In this document: piece by piece, positions 28,697-37,617 of the stretch
How the letters are laid out: each line of letters opens with the position of its first letter
Position numbering within the stretch: the first letter of the stretch is position 1
Assembly (NCBI GenBank): GCA_007118855.1
Contig: SKQU01000127.1
Coordinates: 5,660 to 69,659 of the forward strand
Direction of reading: 5' to 3'
DNA length: 64,000 bases
Origin: Spirochaetaceae bacterium
GTDB lineage: Bacteria > Spirochaetota > Spirochaetia > DSM-27196 > SLST01
The notes under the pieces: model-generated
Seen by the model: only the letters and a program-made list of their open reading frames with translations
The model's database searches: none
What the model was told of the DNA's origin: nothing
Translations under genes and position numbers: made by a program

Positions 28697-30430
28697 TCAG
28701 TAGGTGCGCGGTTTTGGCTTCCAGATGGATACGTCGACATCCTTGTAGTCGATCGTCACGTCGGCTCCGTCGAGGCCGGCCAGGGTGTGCTTGAGCCAGT
28801 TGGGGTCGTCGCGTTCGGGGTAGTCCTCGCGGCTGTGCGCCCCCCGACTCTCGGTTCGGTTCAGCGCGCTCGCCGCGGTGACCAGAGAGAGGTCGAGCAG
28901 ATTCTCGAGCTCGAGGATCCCCAGGATGTCCGAGTTGAAGGCGCTGCTCGAGTCTTCCGTACGTACGTCCCGGTACTCTTCGCGCAGGCGCCGGATCTCG
29001 TCGACGGCCTCGGACATCGGCCCTGCGTTTCGGTAGACCCCCACCTTGGCCATCATCGTCTCCTGCATCTTCTCGTAGAACGGGCCGACGTGCGGTCCTT
29101 TGCGGCCGTCGCGCAGCCGTTCGATCTTCTTCACGCCGCGCTCTTCGCCTCCCGGCGGGATGGACGGCATGGAGGCGTTCTTCACGTACTCGGCCACGTG
29201 CCTGCCGGCGCGGCGGCCGAACACCACGAGGTCCACGAGACTGTTCGTTCCGAGCCTGTTGGCCCCATGGACGCTTACACAGGCACACTCGCCGGCGGCA
29301 TACAGTCCTTCGTACGTGACGGCGCCGGTCGTCACCTGCCCGTCCACGTTCGTCGGGATACCGCCCATCGCGTAGTGCGCCGTCGGCTGGACCGGCATCG
29401 GCTTCTCGGCCGGATCGATCGCGAGGTACGTCTTGCAGAAGTCGGCGATGTCCGGGATCTTCTCGTACACGACATCCCGGCCGAGGTGGGTGGCGTCGAG
29501 CATGACGTAGTCGTCGATCTTCCGGTCACCCCGGACACCGTTGCCCCGGGAGATCTCCGTCATGATCGCGCGGCTGACCATGTCGCGCGGCGCGAGATCG
29601 AGCAGGGTAGGGGCGTACTCCTCCATGAAGCGCGTGCCGTGGCGGTTGCGCAGAATCCCGCCCTCGCCCCGTACGCCTTCGGTGATGAGGATTCCCATCC
29701 CGAGGATTCCCGTGGGGTGGAACTGAAAGAACTCCATGTCTTCGAGCGGGATGCCCGCTCGCGCGAGCAGCGCCGGCCCGTCGCCGGTATTGGCGTAGGC
29801 GTTCGAGGTAATCCGGAACATCCGTCCGAAGCCGCCGGTGGCGAAGAGGACCGCCTTCGAGGTGAAGAGGTGGAGCTCCCCGGTCGCGAGCTCGAGCGCG
29901 AGGAGCCCGGTGACTCGATTACCGTCCATGATGATGTCGATCGCCTGGAACTCGTCGTAGAAGCTCACCTCGTTCTTGATGCACTGCTGGTACAATGTCT
30001 GCAGGATCATGTGACCGGTCCGGTCGGCCGCGTAGCAGCTGCGGTGTACCGCCGATTCGCCGAAGTTGCGCGTATGACCGCCGAAGCGGCGCTGTGCGAT
30101 TCTGCCGTCCTCTGTTCGGCTGAACGGAAGTCCCCGGTTCTCGAGATCGTAGACCGCGCGGACCGCCTCCTCGGCGAGGATCTTTGCCGCCTGCTGGTCG
30201 ACGAGATAGTCGCCGCCCTTCACCGTGTCAAAGGCGTGCCACTCCGGCTTGTCTTCCTCAACGTTCCCGAGCGCTGCTCCTATGCCGCCCTGGGCCGCTC
30301 CGGTGTGGCTTCTGCTCGGATAGAGTTTGCTCACCACGGCGGTGCGCGCCGTCCTGCTCGCTTCGAGCGCGGCATAGAGGCCCGAGCCCCCCGCGCCAAC
30401 GATTACTGCGTCGTACTCATGTCTGATCAA
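28697..30430 (-). CDS. sdhA: Succinate dehydrogenase / fumarate reductase flavoprotein subunit
   Basis: 577 aa from TTG 30430, preceded by GGAAAGGAG 6 nt upstream. [16 protein letters not shown] fold, SHTGAAQGG (FAD-linked His), HPTG, HGANRLG. Confidence 0.9.
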   Translation of the reverse strand: MIRHEYDAVIVGAGGSGLYAALEASRTARTAVVSKLYPSRSHTGAAQGGIGAALGNVEEDKPEWHAFDTVKGGDYLVDQQAAKILAEEAVRAVYDLENRGLPFSRTEDGRIAQRRFGGHTRNFGESAVHRSCYAADRTGHMILQTLYQQCIKNEVSFYDEFQAIDIIMDGNRVTGLLALELATGELHLFTSKAVLFATGGFGRMFRITSNAYANTGDGPALLARAGIPLEDMEFFQFHPTGILGMGILITEGVRGEGGILRNRHGTRFMEEYAPTLLDLAPRDMVSRAIMTEISRGNGVRGDRKIDDYVMLDATHLGRDVVYEKIPDIADFCKTYLAIDPAEKPMPVQPTAHYAMGGIPTNVDGQVTTGAVTYEGLYAAGECACVSVHGANRLGTNSLVDLVVFGRRAGRHVAEYVKNASMPSIPPGGEERGVKKIERLRDGRKGPHVGPFYEKMQETMMAKVGVYRNAGPMSEAVDEIRRLREEYRDVRTEDSSSAFNSDILGILELENLLDLSLVTAASALNRTESRGAHSREDYPERDDPNWLKHTLAGLDGADVTIDYKDVDVSIWKPKPRTY

Positions 30431-30536
30431 AGCCGACTCCTTTCCGGGGCGAAAGTCTACTGAATCTCTGTGAATATATGCCGCAGACGAAAGGAGGGGC
30501 AACCACCAGTGGCTGCCGGGTCGGTTTTCACCACCC

Positions 30537-30968
30537 ATGGTACCATGGGGCATGAGCGTCCACCAGACAACAGTCACGATTTCCCCGCAGCGTCGCGGGT
30601 GCCGGTTGATCACGCGCGAGATCCAGAGCGCGGTGTCCGGGCTCGACTTCACCGGCGACGGGCTCGCCCACCTCTTTCTCCAGCACACGTCGGCTTCGCT
30701 GACCATCAACGAGAATGCGAGTCCGGATGTCCGCTCAGACATGGAGAGCGTCCTGAACCGGATCGTCCCCGAGCAGTCGTCGTATCGTCACTCCATGGAG
30801 GGTCCGGACGACATGCCCGCTCACGCCAAGTGCTCGCTCTTCGGCGTAAGCCTGACGGTTCCGGTGTCAGGCGGGCGGCTCGCGCTCGGTACATGGCAGG
30901 GCATCTACCTCTGCGAGCACCGCTCGCAGGCTCCGCGTCGAACGGTCGTGATCACCGTGATGAGCTGA
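30537..30968 (+). CDS. YjbQ/UPF0047-family protein
   Basis: 143 aa (or from MSVHQ at 30552). Family-typical blocks [48 protein letters not shown]. Confidence 0.75.
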   Translation: MVPWGMSVHQTTVTISPQRRGCRLITREIQSAVSGLDFTGDGLAHLFLQHTSASLTINENASPDVRSDMESVLNRIVPEQSSYRHSMEGPDDMPAHAKCSLFGVSLTVPVSGGRLALGTWQGIYLCEHRSQAPRRTVVITVMS

Positions 30969-30970
30969 TG

Positions 30971-31019
30971 CGCCGCTGCCGGGTCCCGGGTCCCGGGTCC
31001 CAGGCCCGGGACAGCGGCG
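30971..31019. terminator. Long GC hairpin between convergent genes (bidirectional terminator candidate)
   Basis: CGCCGCTG (30971-30978) pairs perfectly with CAGCGGCG (31012-31019), with further CCGGG/CCCGG pairing inside. The interior holds three tandem GGGTCC units. No U-tract. Confidence 0.5.
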
Positions 31020-31028
31020 TCGGCCGGC

Positions 31029-31634
31029 TTAGAACGCCTCGGCGAGCTCCGCGAAGCTGAACTCCTGAGCGTTGACGAGCACGCCGCCTTCGGTCGCCGG
31101 CTCTTCGGCGTCGGCGAATCCTGAGAGGTCGATCGCCACACGCCGTGCGGGGTGGGTCTCAGGCTCGTCGTGATCCGCCTCGAGTTCCATCACAAGCCGC
31201 GTCCGCGCGCCGGTTTCTGATTGGAGCAGGATCGTCCCGCTCAGGCGATAGCCGTGGTAGGCCACGGCAAAGGGGTCGTCCTCGGCCACGGCGTAGCGGT
31301 CGAGCGTGATCTCGTAGGTGCCGGCGCCTGAGAGGAAGTCGGCATCCTCGCTCCACGTGAGCGACAGCCGCCCGTCGTCGCTCGAGACAGACCGGTCGGA
31401 CGCCGAAGCAGTGATCGCGAGGTAGAGGGCCTGGGAGGCCACGAGCATCGCATCGGCGACGACCTCGCCGGCCTCGGTCGCCGTGAGCGGCGCCTGCGCC
31501 GGGTCCGGGACCGGGACCGGGACTTCGGGATCATCGGCCGCGCACGAGAGGAGCAGCGCCAGTGCGATGAGTGCGGCGAACGATGTGCGGCTGATGCCTG
31601 GCCGGCTCGCGGTTGGGAGCTCAGAGGCGATCAT
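31029..31634 (-). CDS. Lipoprotein, function unknown
   Basis: 201 aa. Signal peptide plus lipobox (FAALIALALLLS-C). No catalytic motif recognised. Confidence 0.45.
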   Translation of the reverse strand: MIASELPTASRPGISRTSFAALIALALLLSCAADDPEVPVPVPDPAQAPLTATEAGEVVADAMLVASQALYLAITASASDRSVSSDDGRLSLTWSEDADFLSGAGTYEITLDRYAVAEDDPFAVAYHGYRLSGTILLQSETGARTRLVMELEADHDEPETHPARRVAIDLSGFADAEEPATEGGVLVNAQEFSFAELAEAF

Positions 31635-31723
31635 ACGCCGTCCAGTATAGAATCGATCGAGCTGCGCGCCAATGCGTTCCTGGGCACGATCGTCCTCCGC
31701 GGTGCCGCCGGGTAGTATGGCGT

Positions 31724-31951
31724 ATGCGCCCTTTCGAGATCATCATGCTCGTCTGCTTCGGCCTCGCGTGGCCGTTCTCGATCTACAAGAGCGCCACCAC
31801 GCGGCAGATCGGTTCGGCGAGTCTTCCGTTTCTCGTCGCTCTGCTGATCATCCTCTACGCCCTGAACGGAACCATGGTCTCCACTCACATCACACTCTAT
31901 CTGCGTAACCGCGGGTACCACGTCCGTGAGAGTGCCGGGAAGGCGCACTGA
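31724..31951 (+). CDS. Small membrane protein (PQ-loop-like N-terminus), function unknown
   Basis: 75 aa from ATG 31724. Two clear TM helices (IIMLVCFGLAWPFSIY, LPFLVALLIILYAL). A -10-like TAGTAT lies 5 nt upstream of the ATG. Confidence 0.4.
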   Translation: MRPFEIIMLVCFGLAWPFSIYKSATTRQIGSASLPFLVALLIILYALNGTMVSTHITLYLRNRGYHVRESAGKAH

Positions 31952-32013
31952 GAGTCGCGATCCTCTGCGTCAGCAAGTATGGTGCAATGTGGCACGGCGC
32001 GCTCCGCCGGACG

Positions 32014-32541
32014 CTACGGCTCGTCCCGTCGTCCCGGCCGGCGCAAGCCCGCCGGTGGTCCGAGGAGCTCGCTGTATACGACCGCGCGCTGAAGCGGAGA
32101 CAGCGGGGCGACTCTCGCTTCGAGCACCTGTCCAGGAGGGCGCCGCTCAGGCGACACAGACACTCCGAAAGAAACGCCGCCGAGGCGTTCCCGCCTGACG
32201 CCGGCTATCCTGGCGGCATCCTTCAGCTCCTGCTCCAGGGTCTCACGCCGCCTCTGCGGGTAGATCTCTCGCACCGGGCGCGGCGGCTGCGGGCGCGACT
32301 CCTGTAGACGCGGTCTCTGGTTCGCCTGGTCGTTCTCAGGTCGGTCGGAGAGCCGGCCCATGATCGGCTGCGCTTCCGGCCCCTGCGAGTTCGCGCCCGG
32401 GGGAGTCTTCGCGTCGGGAGCGCCCCCTTTGTCCTCCCGTATTGACCGACTCTGGACGGCCCGCCTGCCCATCAGCAGGAGAACCGGCAGCAGGCTGATG
32501 AGCGCGGCGAAGATCAGCGAAAAGATCGCCGGCAGATTCAT
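32014..32541 (-). CDS. Single-TM protein with Pro/Arg/Gln-rich disordered tail, function unknown
   Basis: 175 aa. N-terminal TM MNLPAIFSLIFAALISLLPVLLLMG. Starts 6 nt after the floA stop, so it is the last gene of the NfeD-FloA operon. Confidence 0.4.
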   Translation of the reverse strand: MNLPAIFSLIFAALISLLPVLLLMGRRAVQSRSIREDKGGAPDAKTPPGANSQGPEAQPIMGRLSDRPENDQANQRPRLQESRPQPPRPVREIYPQRRRETLEQELKDAARIAGVRRERLGGVSFGVSVSPERRPPGQVLEARVAPLSPLQRAVVYSELLGPPAGLRRPGRRDEP

Positions 32542-32547
32542 CGATTC

Positions 32548-33561
32548 CTACCCCTGATCCGTCGGCGGCCGGTTGGCGCCGCCCTGACCTTCACCTCCGA
32601 TGCTTTGTCGCATCGATGTATCGGCCTGAACGTTGCGCAGCCGGTAGTAGTCCATGATTCCCAGGTTGCCCTCGCGGAACGCCTCGGCGATCGCCTTGGG
32701 GATCTCCGCCTCGGCGAGCACGACCTTCGCCCGGTTCTCCTGCGTGAGGGCGTGCATCTCCTGCTCGCGGGCGAGCGCGGCGGCGCGCCGCTTCTCGGCC
32801 TCGGCCTGGAAGCGTCGCTTGTCCGCCTCCGCCTGGTCGGCCTGCAACTTCGCCCCGATGTTCTCGCTCACGTCGATGTCCGCGATGTCGATTGAAAGGA
32901 TCTCGAACGCCGTACCGGCGTCAAGGCCCTTCTCCAGCACGCGCTTGGAGATCAGATCCGGGTTCTCGAGCACCGCCTTGTAGTCCTCCGACGAGCCGAT
33001 CGTCGTGACGATGCCCTCGCCGACGCGCGCGATAATCGTCTCTTCGGTTGCCCCGCCGACGAGGCGTTCGATGTTCGCGCGCACCGTGATGCGCACCTTC
33101 ACCTTGAGCTGAATCCCGTCCTTCGCAACCGCATCGATTGCCTGCTTGCCCTTGGTCGCGTCCGGGCAGTCGATCACCTTGGGGTTGACGCTCGTCCTTA
33201 CCGCCTCGAGGACGTCGCGTCCGGCGAGATCGATCGCGGCGGCGCGCTGAAACGGAAGCGGAATGTTCGCCTTGTTCGCGGCGACGAGCGCCTGGCTCAC
33301 GCGCTTCACATCGCCGCCGGCGAGGTAGTGCGTTTCGAGCATATCCGTATCGAGCGGTATCCCCGCCTTCGCGAGCATGATTCTCGCGTCCACGATCGTC
33401 GACGGGTCGACGCGCCGCAGCCACATGCCGATCAACCGGGCCGGACCTACCGGCGCTCCGGAGAGCAGCGCGCGGAACCAGAGACCGAAGAACTTGACGA
33501 ACAGCACAAAGAGGCCAAGTGCGACGATTCCGAGTACGACGTAGAGAATGATAACTTCCAT
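32548..33561 (-). CDS. floA: Flotillin-like protein FloA (SPFH/UPF0365 family)
   Basis: 337 aa. N-terminal hairpin [38 protein letters not shown] typical of FloA/YqfA, an SPFH body and an Ala/Glu-rich coiled coil ([26 protein letters not shown]). Confidence 0.85.
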   Translation of the reverse strand: MEVIILYVVLGIVALGLFVLFVKFFGLWFRALLSGAPVGPARLIGMWLRRVDPSTIVDARIMLAKAGIPLDTDMLETHYLAGGDVKRVSQALVAANKANIPLPFQRAAAIDLAGRDVLEAVRTSVNPKVIDCPDATKGKQAIDAVAKDGIQLKVKVRITVRANIERLVGGATEETIIARVGEGIVTTIGSSEDYKAVLENPDLISKRVLEKGLDAGTAFEILSIDIADIDVSENIGAKLQADQAEADKRRFQAEAEKRRAAALAREQEMHALTQENRAKVVLAEAEIPKAIAEAFREGNLGIMDYYRLRNVQADTSMRQSIGGEGQGGANRPPTDQG

Positions 33562-33570
33562 CGGTTCCTC

Positions 33571-34110
33571 CTATTCCTGTGGCTCGGGAGCCTTGCGAAC
33601 GACCACCCGGCTGCCTTCCACGCGGATCACCCGAATCCGGGCCCCGCGCTCAATATAATCTCCTGCCGTCACGACGCTCATCTTCCGGTCACCGAACCGT
33701 GCCGTTCCGGAAGGTCGCAGCACCGTGAGGGCTTCGCCTTCGTCTCCCTCTTCGATGCCGGCGACCGGCAGAGCGATCGAAGCGGCGATATTCACGGCCG
33801 GCGGTTCTTCGTTCCGCCTGCGTGACGACGGCGCGTTGCTGCCGCCGTCGCCGAGGATCAGTCGCCGACCAACCGGTGTCTTCGGGAACACCTTGAGGCC
33901 GAGCACGACGGCGGTGGGCGTCGCGATCAGCGCGGTGAAGAGCACGATCGAGCCGGTTATCACGTCGTGGTGCGCGTACCCGAGCACCACTCCGGCGACG
34001 ATCATCCCGCCCCCGGCGAGTCCGATCAGGCCGGCCGCGGGCACAAAAATCTCCACGTAGATCGCGATAATTCCTATCGCGATCAGCCCGAACGAGACCC
34101 ACAGCTGCAT
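33571..34110 (-). CDS. Short NfeD-family membrane protein (TM region plus C-terminal OB-fold NfeD domain)
   Basis: 179 aa from ATG 34110 (TGATG overlap with the upstream gene). MQLWVSFGLIAIGIIAIYVEIFVP TM bundle. C-terminal LRPSGTARFGDRKMSVVTAGDYIERGARIRVIRVEG matches the NfeD OB pattern. Confidence 0.7.
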   Translation of the reverse strand: MQLWVSFGLIAIGIIAIYVEIFVPAAGLIGLAGGGMIVAGVVLGYAHHDVITGSIVLFTALIATPTAVVLGLKVFPKTPVGRRLILGDGGSNAPSSRRRNEEPPAVNIAASIALPVAGIEEGDEGEALTVLRPSGTARFGDRKMSVVTAGDYIERGARIRVIRVEGSRVVVRKAPEPQE

Positions 34111-35600
34111 CAGCCGATCCTCCTGACGATGATCCGGTTCCCGTTGACCGACGCGATTTCTATGGGCGTCCCCGCCTCGATGTACTCGCCGTCCGACTCC
34201 ACAACCAGCGTATCGTCGGCGAAGTCGGCCTTGCCGGACGGCCGCAGCGGGGTGATCGTGACTCCTTGCTTTCCCAGGTACTCGGCTTCGAGCGAGCTCT
34301 CCTGCACCGTATACCCGGCGGTTGCATCCTGCGCTTCGGCCAGAACGAGCCGCGAAAACGCTCCGAACTTGGGCACGAAGTGCGCGAGCACCCCGAAGGC
34401 GATCAGCGCTCCGAAGATGTTGCCGACCACGATGAGAATATTGCGATGGAACGCGTCCCACTCCCACTCGAAGGTGGGGATGACGAAGGTCTGAAGCGAG
34501 AGCACGAGCGAGACCGCGATGAGGCCGATTCCCGAGATACCGGCGATCCCGAAGCCCGGTATTACGAACACCTCGAGGATGAGGAGTACCGTGCCCAGCA
34601 TGAAGAGCAGCAGCTCCACGGATCCAACCCGGCCGAGCAGGCCGTTCGCCACGAAGATGACCGCGAAGCAGAGGATGCCGACGGTTCCCGGGACGCCGAA
34701 TCCCGGGCTCGTGACCTCCGCGAAAATCGCGATCAGTCCGATCAGGATCAGGAGACTCGTGAGGCCGGCGCTCGTCACGATTGAGACCGCCTGGTCGGCG
34801 GCAGTGGGCTCAAGCCGGACGATCTCGCGTTCCTCGAGCCCGAGGTCGGCAAGGAGCGCGTTCAGGCTTCCCACGGTACCGCGCGAAACCCCGTAGTACT
34901 CCATCTGACCGGCGGTCAGCGAGAGGAGCTTCCCCGCCTCAGAGAGCGTCGGGCCGACCTCCACGGTACTCCCGGCGGCCTCCGCCCTGCGAACGACCGC
35001 ATCCTTCTCGCCGGAGGTCACAACGACGATTTCGCCGTCAATCGTGAGCTCGATCAGCTCGATGTCGAAGTCGACCATTGCCTGGGCGATCGCGACCGGG
35101 TGGTCGTTCTTCTCCGCGAGCGCGGCCATCTGCGTGCGGACGGCGCTCACGGTCTTCTCGTCGGCCGGTTGCGCGCCTTCCGGGCCCTGGATTACCGGCG
35201 CCGCTGCGCCCATGGAGGTGCCGGGCGCCATGTAGATCGCGTCGCAGGCGAGCGCGATGAGCGCGCCCGCGGACCAGCTGACCGCCGTGCCCTCGGCGCG
35301 TACCGGGACGAAGGCTATCGTCTCGATCTCCGTGAGGGCGCCGATGACGGTCGTGATCTGCAGCGCCGAATCCACGCGACCGCCGAAGGTATCGATGTCG
35401 AAAACGATGTGGGTCGCGCCGGCGTCCGCGGCCCGGTTGACCGAACGCCGCAGAAAGACCATGAGACTCGGGTTGATCTCGCCGTGGATGGGCACGACGT
35501 AGACCGGACCCTGCATGTCCGGCGTCTCAGGCGCTGCGGATGTCACGGCCGCGAAGAACAGGGCAGGCACGAGCAGGAAGCGAAGCAGAAACTCTCTCAC
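34110..35600 (-). CDS. Long NfeD-family membrane-bound serine protease (ClpP-fold, STOPP-like)
   Basis: 496 aa. Signal peptide, ClpP/crotonase-like domain (IVFDIDTFGGRVDSAL, SAGALIALACD), several TM helices, and a C-terminal NfeD OB domain (LRPSGKADFADDTLVVESDGEYIEAGTPIEI). Confidence 0.8.
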   Translation of the reverse strand: MREFLLRFLLVPALFFAAVTSAAPETPDMQGPVYVVPIHGEINPSLMVFLRRSVNRAADAGATHIVFDIDTFGGRVDSALQITTVIGALTEIETIAFVPVRAEGTAVSWSAGALIALACDAIYMAPGTSMGAAAPVIQGPEGAQPADEKTVSAVRTQMAALAEKNDHPVAIAQAMVDFDIELIELTIDGEIVVVTSGEKDAVVRRAEAAGSTVEVGPTLSEAGKLLSLTAGQMEYYGVSRGTVGSLNALLADLGLEEREIVRLEPTAADQAVSIVTSAGLTSLLILIGLIAIFAEVTSPGFGVPGTVGILCFAVIFVANGLLGRVGSVELLLFMLGTVLLILEVFVIPGFGIAGISGIGLIAVSLVLSLQTFVIPTFEWEWDAFHRNILIVVGNIFGALIAFGVLAHFVPKFGAFSRLVLAEAQDATAGYTVQESSLEAEYLGKQGVTITPLRPSGKADFADDTLVVESDGEYIEAGTPIEIASVNGNRIIVRRIG

Positions 35601-35676
35601 ATGCTTAGTATACTCGATTTTTCCTTCGGGAGCACCCGCCTTTACGCCGCATCGTGCCCGCGATACCGTATCAAGG

Positions 35677-36429
35677 GTGATACACTCCTCCCCGCAGCTG
35701 GCCGCGGCGCTCGATCGGCTCTTTCCCTTTGTCGACGGTCCGGATGACCTGCCGTTGGTCCCCCGGCTCCTCGAGGAGCGCGGCGGCGAGTTCTGCGTGG
35801 CGACGCGTCACGACCCGCAGATGGTCGCCGCCGTGTGCCGGCACGGCTACATGCCCATGAGCGAGGACTCGACCGGCCTTGACCTGCTGCTGATCAAATC
35901 TCATCGCTCGCGTTGCGTGCTCGACCCGTCTTCGGTCCATGTCTCGAAGAGCACCCGTCGTCGGTCGAGCGGGCTCGATATCCGCGTCGACTCCGCCTTC
36001 ATCGAATGCCTGGGCCGGATCGTCCGCCACCATCGGGACCGGTGGCTCTCCCGCAGCCTGCGCGAGGCACTCCGTTCGCTGCACCGCACGCCCATGAACG
36101 GGGTCGCGGCCCGCTCCGTGGAGGTCTACGCCCGCGGGGAGCTCATCGCCGGCGAGATCGGCTATACCTGCGGTCGCGCGTACACGAGTCTGTCAGGGTT
36201 CTACGCGGTGAGCGGCGCCGGGTCCGTGCAGCTTGCCTGTCTGGGCCGGTTGCTCGCCCGGGCGGGGTTTGCACTGTGGGACCTGGGGATGGAGATCGAC
36301 TACAAGATCAGGCTCGGCGCCAGGCTCGTCGAGCGCAGTCGATTTCTCTCCGAGTACCGTACCGCCTGCGCCGAACCGACTCCGTCGATTCAGTTGCGCG
36401 CGAGCTGTGAGGAGCTCCTGGAGCGCTAA
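35677..36429 (+). CDS. Leucyl/phenylalanyl-tRNA-protein transferase-like protein
   Basis: By-eye collinearity with Aat: HGYMPM... / SRCVLDPSSVHVSKSTRR / FIECLGRIV / VEVYARGELIAGEIGYTCGRAYTSLSGF / LGARLVERSRFL. GTG 35677 is chosen because upstream ORF codons overlap the NfeD gene, so the start is uncertain. Its stop overlaps the rhodanese stop (CTAA). Confidence 0.5.
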   Translation: MIHSSPQLAAALDRLFPFVDGPDDLPLVPRLLEERGGEFCVATRHDPQMVAAVCRHGYMPMSEDSTGLDLLLIKSHRSRCVLDPSSVHVSKSTRRRSSGLDIRVDSAFIECLGRIVRHHRDRWLSRSLREALRSLHRTPMNGVAARSVEVYARGELIAGEIGYTCGRAYTSLSGFYAVSGAGSVQLACLGRLLARAGFALWDLGMEIDYKIRLGARLVERSRFLSEYRTACAEPTPSIQLRASCEELLER

Positions 36430-36767
36430 TCATCGACCGGATAGCCGGCCTCCTTCCATTCCCGCTTGCCGCCTGAGAACTCATAGACGTGCCTGTACCC
36501 CATTCCCTCGAGCTTCTTCGCGGCGATCGGACTGGCGTTGCACTCCTCGTCGTGGCAGTAGAGGACGATGTCGCTGTCCTTGTCCAGTCGCTCGCGGGCC
36601 TGCTTGGTGATCTTGTTGAAGTGGATGTTGATCGCGCCGGGCAGGTGCCACTTCTCGAACTCTTCGGGCAACAGGGTCTCAACGAGGTGGAAGCTCTCTC
36701 CGCGGTCCATCTTCGCCTTCAGCTCGCTGGCGGTGATCTTCTCTGCCATGGATGCCTCCAAAGACAA
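36426..36767 (-). CDS. Rhodanese-domain sulfurtransferase
   Basis: 113 aa. HLPGAINI and active-site loop VLYCHDEECNAS, GGKREWKEAGYPV. Confidence 0.8.
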   Translation of the reverse strand: MSLEASMAEKITASELKAKMDRGESFHLVETLLPEEFEKWHLPGAINIHFNKITKQARERLDKDSDIVLYCHDEECNASPIAAKKLEGMGYRHVYEFSGGKREWKEAGYPVDD

Positions 36768-36844
36768 GTGTACCGGCAGCAGTGGAGGCTGTCACGAGCT
36801 TGCCCCTCTGCCGTCACCCCGCGTAGAATCTGCCCGGAGGCGGC

Positions 36845-37606
36845 ATGAAGTATCTCCATGGACGGGTAGAGAAGGGCGAACGGTTGTTCGGCACCTGGTG
36901 CAACCTGGGGTCGAGCATCACCGCGGAGATCGCCGGGCTCGCCGGTTTCGACTGGGTGCTGATCGATATGGAGCACGGCTCCGGCGACTACGGGAACCTT
37001 GTTCACCAGATCCAGGCGGTCGCCGCTACCCCGGCGGCGCCCATCGTCCGGATCGCGTGGAACGACCCTGTTGCCTTTAAACGGGTCCTCGACCTTGGCG
37101 CGTCCGGAATCATGGTTCCCTACGTGCAGACCGCGGACGAGGCGAGGAGTGCGGTTCGCGCCATGCGCTACCCGCCGAACGGCGTTCGCGGCGTTGCGTC
37201 GCTGAACCGTGCGACCCGGTTCGGCGTCGGCTTCGCCGAATATGCCGCGCGCGCCGATACCGAGCTTCTGACGATCGTGCAGATAGAGACTCCCGCTGCG
37301 GTTGAGAACGCGGCGCAGATCGCGGCGGTTGAGGGGGTCGACGTGCTCTTCGTGGGACCGCTCGATCTGAGCACCGGGCTCGGGGTGCAGGGTCGCTACG
37401 ACGAGCCGGCCTATCTCGACGCGATCGACCGTGTCGTAGAGGCCGCGCGCGACGCCGGCAAGGCGAGCGGCATTCTCCTGCTCTCTGCGGACGCGGTCGA
37501 GCCGATGGCGGCCCGGGGGCTGCGGTTCATCGCGCTCGGATCCGACGGGGGCCTGGTCGCCGCCGGCATGCGGGCCAACGCGGAGCTCGTCGCGAAGAGC
37601 CGGTGA
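36845..37606 (+). CDS. HpcH/HpaI-family 2-keto-3-deoxy-acid aldolase
   Basis: 253 aa. FGTWCNLGSSITAEIAGLAGFDWVLIDMEHG, RYPPNGVRG, QIETPAAVENA, FVGPLDLS. Confidence 0.85.
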   Translation: MKYLHGRVEKGERLFGTWCNLGSSITAEIAGLAGFDWVLIDMEHGSGDYGNLVHQIQAVAATPAAPIVRIAWNDPVAFKRVLDLGASGIMVPYVQTADEARSAVRAMRYPPNGVRGVASLNRATRFGVGFAEYAARADTELLTIVQIETPAAVENAAQIAAVEGVDVLFVGPLDLSTGLGVQGRYDEPAYLDAIDRVVEAARDAGKASGILLLSADAVEPMAARGLRFIALGSDGGLVAAGMRANAELVAKSR

Positions 37607-37617
37607 GCTCCCCGCTC

